In this document: piece after piece, positions 8,659-18,401 of the stretch | How the letters are laid out: the number at the start of each line of letters is the position of its first letter | Numbering within the stretch: the first letter of the stretch is position 1 | Sequence record: LC765218.1 | Direction: 5' to 3' (one strand) | DNA length: 64,000 nt | Notes under the pieces: generated by a model | What the model saw: only the letters and a program-made list of their open reading frames with translations | The model's database searches: none | Told to the model about the DNA's origin: nothing | Position numbers and translations under genes: made by a program

Positions 8659-10293
8659 ATGCACGGAATCAACATGGGCATTTCCGCTGGTGCAGCTGTC
8701 AACTCGAAGTTGTCCGTACAGAACTTTGTTCTGGTGGAAACCGGCACCTATCAAGAACAGCACATTCGACCTTTCTCGATTAATGCTAACCAAGAAGTAG
8801 CTCGTCAACTGGAACAAGCTACAAATGGTGGCATGAACCTTCGGGTAAGTGCTGTACAAGAAGTAGCTTCTTCGGTTATCACTCCCCAAGCATCGGTAGA
8901 AGGTAGTGTCGGTATTGCACATGGCTGGCGTTCTCGCCGGTTCCGCTTCTTGATGAAAGTGAATGAGCAACATCCATTCATTGCGGGAACGCTGACTCAA
9001 CGTATCTTCTTTGGCTATAGTGACCACGCTGATGCATCTCAGAATTATCTGCCGGATGACATGCGTATCTACTTCAACTCCGAAACTATCATTGCTCAAG
9101 CTATTCAACAAACCATTCATGGTCCCCAACACGTTGCATCGATCGTAGGTTCCAACCAGATCGTTTCTCCTGTTGACATGATGGGTGGAATGAATGGAAT
9201 GTTCTCTCGTGCAACTGCTCACCTGATCCGTCCTGAAGATATCTTTAGTATTGGTCAAACAGCGCATGTGGCACAGAAACTGCAAAGCTCTGGTTTGTTT
9301 GACGGAATGATCAATCGGTCCATCGACCATCGCACGATGGTTGGTGAAGGAGGAGCATACAAGTATAGCCAACGTCGAGATACCTCTCCAACTCGTTATC
9401 TGTCGAATACTCTTGGCGCATACCAACATGCTGTCAAAGAGAATGCAATGGAGAACCAAGGGGATGATCTGTTCGGGGCTCCTGATAAAGATGTAATGTT
9501 TGGTGAAGCTGCTGCCCAGTGCAGGAATCAGCAGATCCATACTAACACCTTCTTGGCTGTTCTTAAAGATCATGCCGGGTATATGGAGAATGGCTATATC
9601 ACTTTCCGTGATCTCAAGCGGCTCTTCCCTGAATGCGGCACCCAACAGGTTACTCAGTTCTCCATGAACGATGGCCGTTCAATCCGTCGTATTTCTCAGG
9701 CAGAAGACTCCGAAGTTTGGAGCGGTGCAGACTATACCTCCATTGGTGCAAGTCTGTTGGCACAGACCATTCCGTCGATCATGATGGATACCTTCCTCCG
9801 CACTTGCTCGTTTGCTGTAACTAATGGTACTGGTCCGAATAACTATTCGTTCGAGTTCCATCCGCAGAACTCTAAGGCTATCATTGATAACCTGGACATG
9901 CGTCAATACATTCTGGAATTCGAACGCCGCCTGGCTATCGATATCCTGAACAACATCACCCGTGGTAACCAGCTGCCGTTCCGTATCTCGATGCATTCGG
10001 ACTTGGCTGGTGACTCGATCATCGATATTGCCATCGGTGGTCAGTCGCTGACTCGTTTCATTGCACCGACCTTTACGGATAGTCTGTTCTCCCCGATGAT
10101 TACCCGTAACGAGCAACACCCGACTAACCTGTCTGGTGATATGCTGTGGCTGGTACAAGAAGTAATTCCCAATCCGACTCAACATCAGGCTCTTCAGTCT
10201 GTCGGTTACCAACATCCGGTAGCTGCACCCATCATGATGCCTAACGCTATTAACCAAGGAGCAAGCAATGTCGTTGATCTTGGACTCGTATAA
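8659..10293 (+). CDS. picA: Phage-nucleus protein import factor PicA/Imp1-like (phiKZ gp69-like)
   Basis: 544 aa, syntenic position after the gp68-like gene; inferred from synteny and size. Confidence 0.65.
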   Translation: MHGINMGISAGAAVNSKLSVQNFVLVETGTYQEQHIRPFSINANQEVARQLEQATNGGMNLRVSAVQEVASSVITPQASVEGSVGIAHGWRSRRFRFLMKVNEQHPFIAGTLTQRIFFGYSDHADASQNYLPDDMRIYFNSETIIAQAIQQTIHGPQHVASIVGSNQIVSPVDMMGGMNGMFSRATAHLIRPEDIFSIGQTAHVAQKLQSSGLFDGMINRSIDHRTMVGEGGAYKYSQRRDTSPTRYLSNTLGAYQHAVKENAMENQGDDLFGAPDKDVMFGEAAAQCRNQQIHTNTFLAVLKDHAGYMENGYITFRDLKRLFPECGTQQVTQFSMNDGRSIRRISQAEDSEVWSGADYTSIGASLLAQTIPSIMMDTFLRTCSFAVTNGTGPNNYSFEFHPQNSKAIIDNLDMRQYILEFERRLAIDILNNITRGNQLPFRISMHSDLAGDSIIDIAIGGQSLTRFIAPTFTDSLFSPMITRNEQHPTNLSGDMLWLVQEVIPNPTQHQALQSVGYQHPVAAPIMMPNAINQGASNVVDLGLV

Positions 10294-11587
10294 GTCTGTA
10301 CTCCCCTCGTTCGCCTGCGAGTTCGATGAAGAAGGTTATATCAGCCTCCGCAATCCGGTAGGTACTGCTTCTCCTTCGACCGTAGACGGTAAACGTCTTG
10401 TAATCCCAACCGATAAGTTCCTTCGCAAGGGATTCGGTGAAGACTTCCAGCCGTTCCACCCGCTGAGTGAAGCATTGAGTCGCCGGGGTACTTCCCCGGT
10501 GATTCAGTATCTGCAACGCGCAGCAAAAGCACACATTAGTTTCGTCGTCCACAAAATGGCCGAACAACTTCTGACCATCGCAGCGGACAAGTCGTCCCAC
10601 AAGGACCTGCCACCGGATGCAACTGACTTCCTGAAGAAACTGGCAGATGCGGATAAAGCAACTGTCGGTCTGTTCGAGAAACTGATGCCTGCTGCTACTA
10701 AGAAGAACCGACTGGTTGCAGTTTACTTGAAGAATGGCGGTACTTTCGATGGTAAGAAAGTAAACCGTATGGCGATCATTCGCTTCCCGATCCTGGAAGA
10801 TCTTCAGGCTGAAACTGATGATGTTCTTGGTATCAAGATGGCGAAGAAACAACGTAAGGTTCTCACTGCGCTGTTCAAACTGATCGTTCCGTTTGGTGAC
10901 AATCCGGAAGAGTATGCCTTTGGTACTACCAGCCGTGTTGCACCTTATTACACCAGTCTTCTGACAGCGTATCACAAAGTAATCGTGATGCTCAATCAGC
11001 TGATTAACCGGTACGCGATCCCACTGCAAATCCCCGTCAATCTTATTCCTGTGTTTGATCTGGATCTGATCGACGAGTTCCCGAAGATCTATAACCTTAT
11101 CCCTCCGCTGAATGGCAACCTCGGTGGTCGTGATGAGGATACTCCGGAAACTGCCGAAGCTGTACAAACCCAGCAACAAGCACCGAGCGTTACTGCTCCA
11201 CAAGCCAGTACTCCTCAGCTGACTCGTCCCGCCGCAGTTGTTAGCAAACCTGTAGAAAAAGATACTGTCTCCATGAGCGAATTCATGGCCGCACAGAATC
11301 CCCAACCGCAGATGATGCAGCAGCAAATGGGAATGATGATGCCGATGAATAACGGCATGATGATGCCAGGCAATGGCATGATGCAGATGAATGGCATGGG
11401 TGGGATGATGCAACCTATGCAAATGGGTAACATGCAGCCCCAGGGTATCCAAGCGAACGCACCCATTCCCGCGTGGATGGGTGGCCAACAACAGGGCACG
11501 ATGATGATGGGTAACGGTCAACCGGCTAACCCGTACATGCAGGCTGTGGCTGGCATGCGTCAAACCAATGGTCTTGGATTGGTGTAA
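10268..11587 (+). CDS. Conserved nucleus-block protein (phiKZ gp70-like) with Q/M-rich C-terminal tail
   Basis: 439 aa overlapping picA by 26 nt; low-complexity tail. Confidence 0.7.
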   Translation: MSLILDSYKSVLPSFACEFDEEGYISLRNPVGTASPSTVDGKRLVIPTDKFLRKGFGEDFQPFHPLSEALSRRGTSPVIQYLQRAAKAHISFVVHKMAEQLLTIAADKSSHKDLPPDATDFLKKLADADKATVGLFEKLMPAATKKNRLVAVYLKNGGTFDGKKVNRMAIIRFPILEDLQAETDDVLGIKMAKKQRKVLTALFKLIVPFGDNPEEYAFGTTSRVAPYYTSLLTAYHKVIVMLNQLINRYAIPLQIPVNLIPVFDLDLIDEFPKIYNLIPPLNGNLGGRDEDTPETAEAVQTQQQAPSVTAPQASTPQLTRPAAVVSKPVEKDTVSMSEFMAAQNPQPQMMQQQMGMMMPMNNGMMMPGNGMMQMNGMGGMMQPMQMGNMQPQGIQANAPIPAWMGGQQQGTMMMGNGQPANPYMQAVAGMRQTNGLGLV

Positions 11588-11592
11588 GACGG

Positions 11593-11633
11593 CATAAAGC
11601 AGGGGGCCTTAGGGTCCCCTGCTGTTGCTTTAA
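11593..11633. terminator. Bidirectional terminator between convergent genes
   Basis: CATAAAGC-AGGGGGCC-TTAG-GGTCCCCT-GCTGTTGCTTT. Confidence 0.75.
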
Positions 11634-11992
11634 AATTTTCGACTAGTGTAGAACTGTTGTAATGCACCGATCTCGTTGTTAGATGGCTTGATCAAGATAT
11701 TGTTGTACACTTTGTCTAAAGGGTTACGGACATCTGCTGCAAACTGGTTTGGATTTTCCATGCCATTAACACGCAAATAAATCCAATGGAGTTCAGGCTC
11801 AATACCGATCTCTGTTAAATACCCATAAAAGTTTCCTTCGTATTGCCAGTACAACTCATTCGGAATCTCTACTCTAACCGAGTTGATATTACGGAGAATG
11901 TTGATATGTGTTTCGACAATTAAACGGAAAGCTGGATCATAAAACATTGATGCTCCACCGTCACCGGTTTGTTCCATAATTGTAAATGCCAT
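11630..11992 (-). CDS. Small conserved protein, possibly a T4 gp53/LysM-like baseplate wedge component
   Basis: 120 aa with AGGA SD on the minus strand. The YEGNFYGYL...ELHWIYLRVNG pattern resembles gp53-like YxxDLxxxxxxYGxxxLxWIxxxxN; this is pattern recognition only. Confidence 0.45.
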   Translation of the reverse strand: MAFTIMEQTGDGGASMFYDPAFRLIVETHINILRNINSVRVEIPNELYWQYEGNFYGYLTEIGIEPELHWIYLRVNGMENPNQFAADVRNPLDKVYNNILIKPSNNEIGALQQFYTSRKF

Positions 11993-12005
11993 AGAGGAAT
12001 CCTAC

Positions 12006-12040
12006 AAAAAAATAATTTTCACATCTATATAATCATTCTG
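12006..12040 (+). promoter_or_regulatory. Putative promoter for the nvRNAP beta-C operon (variant of the early motif)
   Basis: AAAAAATA...ATCTATATAATC resembles 7005-7029 (AAAAAATA...ATCTATATTAC). Confidence 0.45.
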
Positions 12041-12065
12041 CACCAACGATCAACAGGAGTTATAG

Positions 12066-14177
12066 ATGCAAAGTCTACCAAATGCCATCCGTGAAATTAA
12101 CCTGCGTTTGCTCGGTCACGCGGCAATTGATCCATATTACGGAACAACCTCCGCGGCACGCGGTGCCATGTTGCTGTCACATATTGGACAATCGCCAGTA
12201 GTGGAAGGGAACGAGCCACGTCGGGTAATGGCGGGTATCGAAATGCGTTATGCTGAACATACCTTCGATATTCGTTTCCCAACGGATTGCGTTGTTCTGA
12301 ATATTATCCGTAAGTATCCCACTGGTGTGGGTCGTGGATCTATTCGACATAACCCCGTAACTACGATCGTGTATGAGGAGTATTACGACGAGTTTAAACG
12401 AATCGGTGTTATCCATGTACCAGAGTACCTAAGCTTTCACCAGGACTTTGGATTCAAACTTGAGAAGCAGAAAGATGTATGGAATAACCTTGCCGTTGGT
12501 GAGATGTTTGCCAAAGATACGGTTATTGCACAATCCACAACTGTAAAAGAAAATGGTCTTCTGGGCATGGGCGTTAACGCCACCGTGATGTTCGGTTCTA
12601 TGCCTGGTACTATTGAGGATGGTTTCGTATTCTGCGATGAGTTCCTTCGGGAGAAGATGGCTCCTCGTACTTATACAACCGCTACTGGCGGAGCTGGTAA
12701 GAAAGCATTCTTCCTCAATATGTACGGTGACGATAAAAACATCAAGCTCTTCCCTGATATCGGTGAACGTATTCGTGATGATGGTGTTATCTTCGCTGTT
12801 CGAGACCTTGATGACGATCTCTCGCCAGCTGAAATGACTCCACGTGCATTGCGCACCCTCGATCGTACGTTTGACCGTGCCGTAATTGGTGATCCGGGCG
12901 CAATCATTAAAGACATCAAAGTGTATTGGGATGATCGTCAAAATCCATCTTATACTCCGAGTGGTATGGATGGACAACTGCGGAAGTACTATGACGCACT
13001 GGCGTCGTATTACCGTGAGATCATCAAGGTATATAAAGGTCTGTCTGCCCGCCGTAAAGATCGCCTCCATATGACCGAGGAATTTCGTCAACTTGTAGTA
13101 GAAGCGATGATCTATCTGCCTCAAGCCGAAGGTCAACGTAAGCTGACCCGTATGTATCGACTGGATCAACTTGATGAATGGCGTGTTGAAATCACCTATG
13201 AATCGATTAAAGAACCGGGCGGTGCATATAAAGCCACTGATTTCCATGGCGGCAAAGGTGTCGTTTGTAAGATCATGAAGCGAGCAGATATGCCTCGTGA
13301 CGTGAATGGTAACGTTGCAGATGTTGTTATCTTTGGCGGCTCGACTATGCGTCGTTCTAACTATGGTCGTATCTATGAACATGGTTTCGGTGCAGCATCT
13401 CGCGATCTGGCTCAACGTCTCCGAGTTGAATGTGGGCTAGAGCGTCATGGTTCCTATGAACTTGACGACGTTGTAAACCATATCAGAAACAATCCTGACT
13501 TTATCAAGTATGCCTTTAATGAGCTGCTTGATTTCTATGCAATCGTTACTCCGACAATGCATGGAATGGTTAAGGATCACCCGAATCCGATTCAACATGT
13601 ATCGCATGTATTGAGAGATGGTTTTGCGTACTTGTATTCCCCGGTTGATGACCCCGTACATTTGCCGACAGCAAGTAACCAAATCCTTAATTCTCGCTTC
13701 TGTCCAACATATGCACCGGTGACATATCGAGATCAAACAGGTAAAGAAGTAACGACAAAAGACCCAATGTTGCTTGGCCCGCTATACATGATGCTGCTCG
13801 AAAAGATCGGTGAAGACTGGTCGGCCGTAGCATCGGTGAAGACTCAACAGTTTGGTCTACCATCGAAACTGAATAACTCCGATCGGTCCAGTACACCTGG
13901 TCGAGAAAGCGCTATTCGTTCGTTTGGTGAATCTGAGACTCGATCTTACAACTGTACGGTCGGTGCACTACCCACGGTAGAACTGTTGGATCAAACCAAT
14001 AACCCCGAAGCACACATTGCTGTGATCAACTCTATCCTCACTGCGGATAAACCGTCCAACATTGAGAAAGCAGTTGATCGTTCCAAAATCCCATTCGGTA
14101 ACTCCCGACCAGTTGGACTTCTGTCGCACTTGTTGGAATGCCGTGGATTGCAGTTCAAGTACGCGCCCGGTGTTTAA
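12066..14177 (+). CDS. rpoB: Non-virion RNA polymerase beta subunit, C-terminal part (phiKZ gp71-73-like)
   Basis: ARGAMLLSHIGQ, IEDGFV, KATDFHGGKGVV (bacterial RHGNKGV), LGPLYMMLLEK, SIRSFGESE-like motif; uninterrupted. Confidence 0.92.
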   Translation: MQSLPNAIREINLRLLGHAAIDPYYGTTSAARGAMLLSHIGQSPVVEGNEPRRVMAGIEMRYAEHTFDIRFPTDCVVLNIIRKYPTGVGRGSIRHNPVTTIVYEEYYDEFKRIGVIHVPEYLSFHQDFGFKLEKQKDVWNNLAVGEMFAKDTVIAQSTTVKENGLLGMGVNATVMFGSMPGTIEDGFVFCDEFLREKMAPRTYTTATGGAGKKAFFLNMYGDDKNIKLFPDIGERIRDDGVIFAVRDLDDDLSPAEMTPRALRTLDRTFDRAVIGDPGAIIKDIKVYWDDRQNPSYTPSGMDGQLRKYYDALASYYREIIKVYKGLSARRKDRLHMTEEFRQLVVEAMIYLPQAEGQRKLTRMYRLDQLDEWRVEITYESIKEPGGAYKATDFHGGKGVVCKIMKRADMPRDVNGNVADVVIFGGSTMRRSNYGRIYEHGFGAASRDLAQRLRVECGLERHGSYELDDVVNHIRNNPDFIKYAFNELLDFYAIVTPTMHGMVKDHPNPIQHVSHVLRDGFAYLYSPVDDPVHLPTASNQILNSRFCPTYAPVTYRDQTGKEVTTKDPMLLGPLYMMLLEKIGEDWSAVASVKTQQFGLPSKLNNSDRSSTPGRESAIRSFGESETRSYNCTVGALPTVELLDQTNNPEAHIAVINSILTADKPSNIEKAVDRSKIPFGNSRPVGLLSHLLECRGLQFKYAPGV

Positions 14178-14203
14178 CCGGGCTGCATGCCAAGAGGTAA
14201 ATA

Positions 14204-16177
14204 ATGAATCAGTATAAAGCACGTGATCTTCTCAATATGAGTTACGATGAACTCTGGGCGATTCCAAGTGAATGGCATGAGATCATCTTTGATGACGGGG
14301 AGAAACTCTATGCAAAAGATCGGATCACCAAGCTGTCGGTTCTGCTCTGGTATCCACTGAAAGCTTTCCCTGATGCCCCGGTTCTGAAAGATTACCATCT
14401 GGCATCTACTCGGGTTACCTCTAAATCTCTTGTGAAATACCTTAACAAAGTTATTTGGGGTATTCATGCATGGAGTGGTGAACAGATCGATCCAGAGGTT
14501 TTGGCTAAACTGGCTATTGAAGGAAAGAATTGGCTTTATAATGAAACCACGACTCGACTGAGTGCTTACATTGCAACCCTGTCGATCTTTGACATTATGG
14601 AAGTGTACAATCACCCGGCAGTTAGAAAGGCTAACCAAGATGTACAACCTACTACGTACGGGATTGAAAACATTTCTTACGGGATGATCAAAGAAGCATT
14701 CAACGACGAAACACAGTTCCGTGGTAACAGCATCATTGAGGGCCTGCGCTCGGGTACGCAGAAAATGGAGCAATTGCTTCAGGCATACGGACCACGTGGT
14801 TTCCCGACAGACATTAACTCTGATATTTTCAGTGAGCCGTGTACCACTGGTTACATTGATGGTATTTGGGGTTTGTATGAAAACATGATCGAATCCCGAT
14901 CGGGTACCAAAGCTCTGTTGTATAACAAAGAGCTACTGCGTGTAACCGAGTATTTCAACCGGAAGTCTCAGTTGATTGCTCAGTATGTACAGAACCTACA
15001 CACTGGTGATTGTAATGGTCACTTGATCGACTTCCCTGTAATGCAGGGTACGTTGAAAGCTCTTCGTGGCAAGTACTATCTGAACGAACAGACAGGTCAA
15101 CTGGACTGGCTGAAAGGGGATGAGAAACATCTTATCGGTAAAAAGATTAAGATGCGTTCTATTTTGGGATGTGTGCATCCGGATCCTCAGGGTGTATGTT
15201 CGCGGTGTTATGGGCGACTAAGTTTCTCTATTCCAAAAGGAACTGTCATTGGTCAGGTATCGGCTGTATCCATGGGTGACAAAATCACTTCTGCGGTATT
15301 GTCGACAAAACACACTGATGCAACCTCGGCTGTAGAACAGTATCAGATTGGTGGCGTCGAAGCTAAGTACCTGCGAACTGGATCTGCGGCTGAAACTCTT
15401 TATCTGAAGAAAGAACTCTCGGGTAAAGGTTTCCGCTTGATGATCGGTCGTAACGAAGCCCAGAACCTGGCTGATATTCTGATGATCGATGACCTTAGTG
15501 CATATCCAGCACCGAGTGCTTCTGAACTGACCCGTATTGGTTTGGTACGGACGGTTGATGGAGTAGACGAAGGCGATGTATTGACGGTGTCGCTGTATAA
15601 CCGTCGAGCTAGTCTATCGACTGAAATGCTGCAACATATCAAACGTGTACGTTGGGAACTTGACGCTCGTGATAATATCGTGATCGATATGGCCGGGTTT
15701 GACTTTGCCCTGCCGTTCCTGACGTTGCCTAATAAGCACGTAAACATGTACGAAGTGATGAAGCGTATTCAGTCATTCCTGCACTCTGGTAGTGATACTG
15801 AAGGGTCTAAACTGAGCTCAGATAAGGTAGGTTTTACTAGCAAGACTTATCTTAAGAACTACAAAGACCCAGTTGATGCTTTGGCAGCCACTGTGTCGCT
15901 GTTGAATGAGAAGTTCTCTTTGAATGCCGTTCACTGTGAGGTTCTGGTTTATGCTATGATGGTGCGCTCTATCGCTGAACGCGATTATCGTCTGCCTAAG
16001 CCGGGTATTACGGGTCAGTTTGAAAAATACAACAAACTGATGATGTCCCGTTCTCTTGCTGGTGCGATGTCGTTTGAGAAGCAACATGAGCCGTTGAACA
16101 ATCCTGGCAGTTTCCTCTACACACTGAGGAATGACCATCCCTACGATCTTGCGGTCATGGGAGGTAAGCTGCTCTAA
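14204..16177 (+). CDS. rpoC: Non-virion RNA polymerase beta' subunit, C-terminal part (phiKZ gp74-like)
   Basis: Bridge-helix-like TEYFNRKSQLIAQ...GDC, Zn site C...CSRCYG, trigger-loop-like GQVSAVSMGDKITSAVLSTKH. Confidence 0.9.
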   Translation: MNQYKARDLLNMSYDELWAIPSEWHEIIFDDGEKLYAKDRITKLSVLLWYPLKAFPDAPVLKDYHLASTRVTSKSLVKYLNKVIWGIHAWSGEQIDPEVLAKLAIEGKNWLYNETTTRLSAYIATLSIFDIMEVYNHPAVRKANQDVQPTTYGIENISYGMIKEAFNDETQFRGNSIIEGLRSGTQKMEQLLQAYGPRGFPTDINSDIFSEPCTTGYIDGIWGLYENMIESRSGTKALLYNKELLRVTEYFNRKSQLIAQYVQNLHTGDCNGHLIDFPVMQGTLKALRGKYYLNEQTGQLDWLKGDEKHLIGKKIKMRSILGCVHPDPQGVCSRCYGRLSFSIPKGTVIGQVSAVSMGDKITSAVLSTKHTDATSAVEQYQIGGVEAKYLRTGSAAETLYLKKELSGKGFRLMIGRNEAQNLADILMIDDLSAYPAPSASELTRIGLVRTVDGVDEGDVLTVSLYNRRASLSTEMLQHIKRVRWELDARDNIVIDMAGFDFALPFLTLPNKHVNMYEVMKRIQSFLHSGSDTEGSKLSSDKVGFTSKTYLKNYKDPVDALAATVSLLNEKFSLNAVHCEVLVYAMMVRSIAERDYRLPKPGITGQFEKYNKLMMSRSLAGAMSFEKQHEPLNNPGSFLYTLRNDHPYDLAVMGGKLL

Positions 16178-16186
16178 GATGGAGGT

Positions 16187-16233
16187 CGAGGTAGGGAGGG
16201 CTTTGGCTCTCCCTTTCCCCTCGTTAATTTTTT
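16187..16233 (+). terminator. Hairpin plus U-tract directly before the helicase start codon
   Basis: GAGG-AGGGAG...CTCCCT-CCTC followed by GTTAATTTTTT and then ATG. Confidence 0.55.
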
Positions 16234-17768
16234 ATGCTACCGATACTCAAGGCTGAGCGCTATACGCATGGTGTCCGACTATCTGGGTATACTCGGGAAA
16301 CGTTCGCTAAGATGCAGGGGTTTCTTGAAGGGCTTTCTTTGAAAGAACCTAAGAAAATCCCTGGTAATCGAATCATCATGGAACTCAAGAAAAAGTACTA
16401 TGGTTGTTTCGAAGATCTATCAGAGACTTATATCCACCGAAATTCACTAGAAGACCTGATCGGTTATCTGGAGAACAAAGGTATCCCAAGAGAACGAGTC
16501 GAGATTGAGGATATCCCTGTCCCTAAAGCAGCAACTGCTGTTTACGAAATGTACGAGAAATACGTACTCCGGGATTATCAGGAAATCATCCGTGAAGATA
16601 TTTTGCGTGATTGGTTACATTCTGCACGGGTAGACTTGCAAACGGGAAAGGGAAAACCCTCACGAGCCTAGCGTCCTTGGCTTCGATGGGGGTAAGATGT
16701 GTTGTGATGGTTCCTCCCAAGTATTTTGGTATTTGGATTGAGGCTCTTCAGAACACTTACAAGGACATTGCCCAGAGATACATTACCATCTCGGGTTCCG
16801 CAGAACTCCAAAAACTAATAGATCGCGGCGTCGAAAACGATCTTGAAGGGATTGACGTTATTGTAATCTCTTCTACTACCTACCGGGCATATCTAGATAA
16901 CTTTGAGAAGTATGGTAACCGACTCCATGAGCTCGGATACAATGTACCTCCACCCCGGTTCCACGAAGCAATACAAGCAGGACTGCAAATTAACGACGAG
17001 ATTCAAGAAGATCCAGGACTAACCTTCCGTATCGATATTTACTCTAACATTAATAAGCAGATCTATTTGTCGGCTACTCCCTACACAGGGAACGCCTACG
17101 TGACGAAGATGATTGACAAGATGTTGCCAGCAGAGACCATGTGTCGCCTGCCCAACTACGATGTCTACATCAACTGCATGGGGCTACTCTACACTGAACC
17201 AAAGATCAAACCGAAGGATTATCTTACACCGTTTAAGAATACGTATAACCATGCGCGTTACGAAACGGTAATGATGAAAGATCCTAAACGGATGGATGAC
17301 TATTTCAGGATGGTCGGTCGTATTGCTGAGGGCGTGTATGTGAAAGATCGGTTACCTGGTCAGAAACTACTCCTCCTTTGTGCAACGGTCGCCTTTATTG
17401 AAAAACTGGTTAAATATCTGAAGACTAAGTTCCCTGACCTTGTGGTTAACGGACATGTCTCAGGTTGCAGTTATGAACAGTTACTTAAGAACGACATTAC
17501 GGTGTCCACTATTAAGTCATCTGGTACAGGTGTAGACATCCCTAATCTTCGTGAGGTAGTATTGTTACAAGCTACCGATTCCAAGAAAGATAACATTCAA
17601 ATTCTGGGTCGTCTCCGTAAACTGAAAGACTTCCAAGATGTGGTACCTAGGTTGACCTACCTAGTGTGTGAAAACATACCGCACCACGTGAGATATGCTC
17701 GGAATAAAAGTGAGCATTTCGCCGGTAAAACTCTTTCAATGGTACTCAGACGGATAGCCATGCACTAA
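16234..17768 (+). CDS. SF2 (RAD3/UvsW/SNF2-like) helicase, phiKZ gp75-like, split into two frames at Walker A (16234..16671 and 16611..17768)
   Basis: Frame 0 gives ...VDLQTGKGK and frame -1 gives GKGKTLTS. Downstream motifs DEIQ, SATP, STIKSSGTGVDIPNL and QILGRLR. The joined product would be about 511 aa. Confidence 0.85.
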
Positions 17769-17772
17769 TAAC

Positions 17773-17796
17773 AGCCCACCTTCGGGTGGGCTTTAT
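17773..17796 (+). terminator. Intrinsic terminator
   Basis: AGCCCACC-TTCG-GGTGGGCT-TTAT. Confidence 0.85.
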
Positions 17797-17815
17797 ACCG
17801 TTAAGAGGAATAGAA

Positions 17816-18088
17816 ATGTCACCTGTGATCCTACTTATTGTTTCACCGATATTAACCGTCGTGATGTATGTATTGGAACTGAAGCTCCGTGAGGAGTACA
17901 GAACGGCGCACTATAAACACTTGTTACGTTTAGCCGGACAGAACATCAAACCGAAGTTAATAAAGCAGTCTATAGAGTATTCTGAGATTGCATTGACCCG
18001 ATTGATCCATACGTTCGTAAAGAAATGTTACTTGGTATTAGCTTACTTTACGCTGACCATGTTCGTAATCGCTGCATCCCACATCTAA
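17816..18088 (+). CDS. Small membrane protein
   Basis: ATG 17816 with GAGGA SD (track start 17786); two hydrophobic segments. Confidence 0.65.
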   Translation: MSPVILLIVSPILTVVMYVLELKLREEYRTAHYKHLLRLAGQNIKPKLIKQSIEYSEIALTRLIHTFVKKCYLVLAYFTLTMFVIAASHI

Positions 18089-18098
18089 GGAAATACAA

Positions 18099-18401
18099 AT
18101 GAAAACATCTCCCTCTGCTCTCCCTTTCCCCAACCTAATGTTCCTCCTTCTGGTAATTGTTATAGCAATTCCCGTTGTGGCATACATCTATCTACCTTAT
18201 GCTGCACTGGCTATTTCAACAGGTGTACTAGCTGCATGTACCTGTGTTTTAGGTATCGGTAATGCACTAGTTGATCCAAATGCCTACGATACACCTAAAC
18301 ACTGGAGAGAGTATCGTTATTATCTAATCACTGGATTTGGGTTCTTCACTGTTGCTATGTTCGCAGCAGCTAATCTCAAATATGCATTTAAGTTCATTTA
18401 A
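18099..18401 (+). CDS. Small membrane protein (about 3 TM)
   Basis: 100 aa, AAGGA SD, three hydrophobic stretches. Confidence 0.65.
   Translation: MKTSPSALPFPNLMFLLLVIVIAIPVVAYIYLPYAALAISTGVLAACTCVLGIGNALVDPNAYDTPKHWREYRYYLITGFGFFTVAMFAAANLKYAFKFI

Noticed and set aside
8629-13415. Long antisense ORFs 8629..9645, 10250..11563 and 12429..13415
   Set aside because: These are codon-bias shadows of picA, the gp70-like gene and nvRNAP beta; the His-rich stretch simply mirrors ATG repeats.
16611-17768. Independent initiation of the C-terminal helicase ORF at GTG/ATG 16611
   Set aside because: There is no SD, and the N-terminal MVTFCTGRLAN is not helicase-like, whereas the upstream frame supplies the expected LxxxTGxGK.
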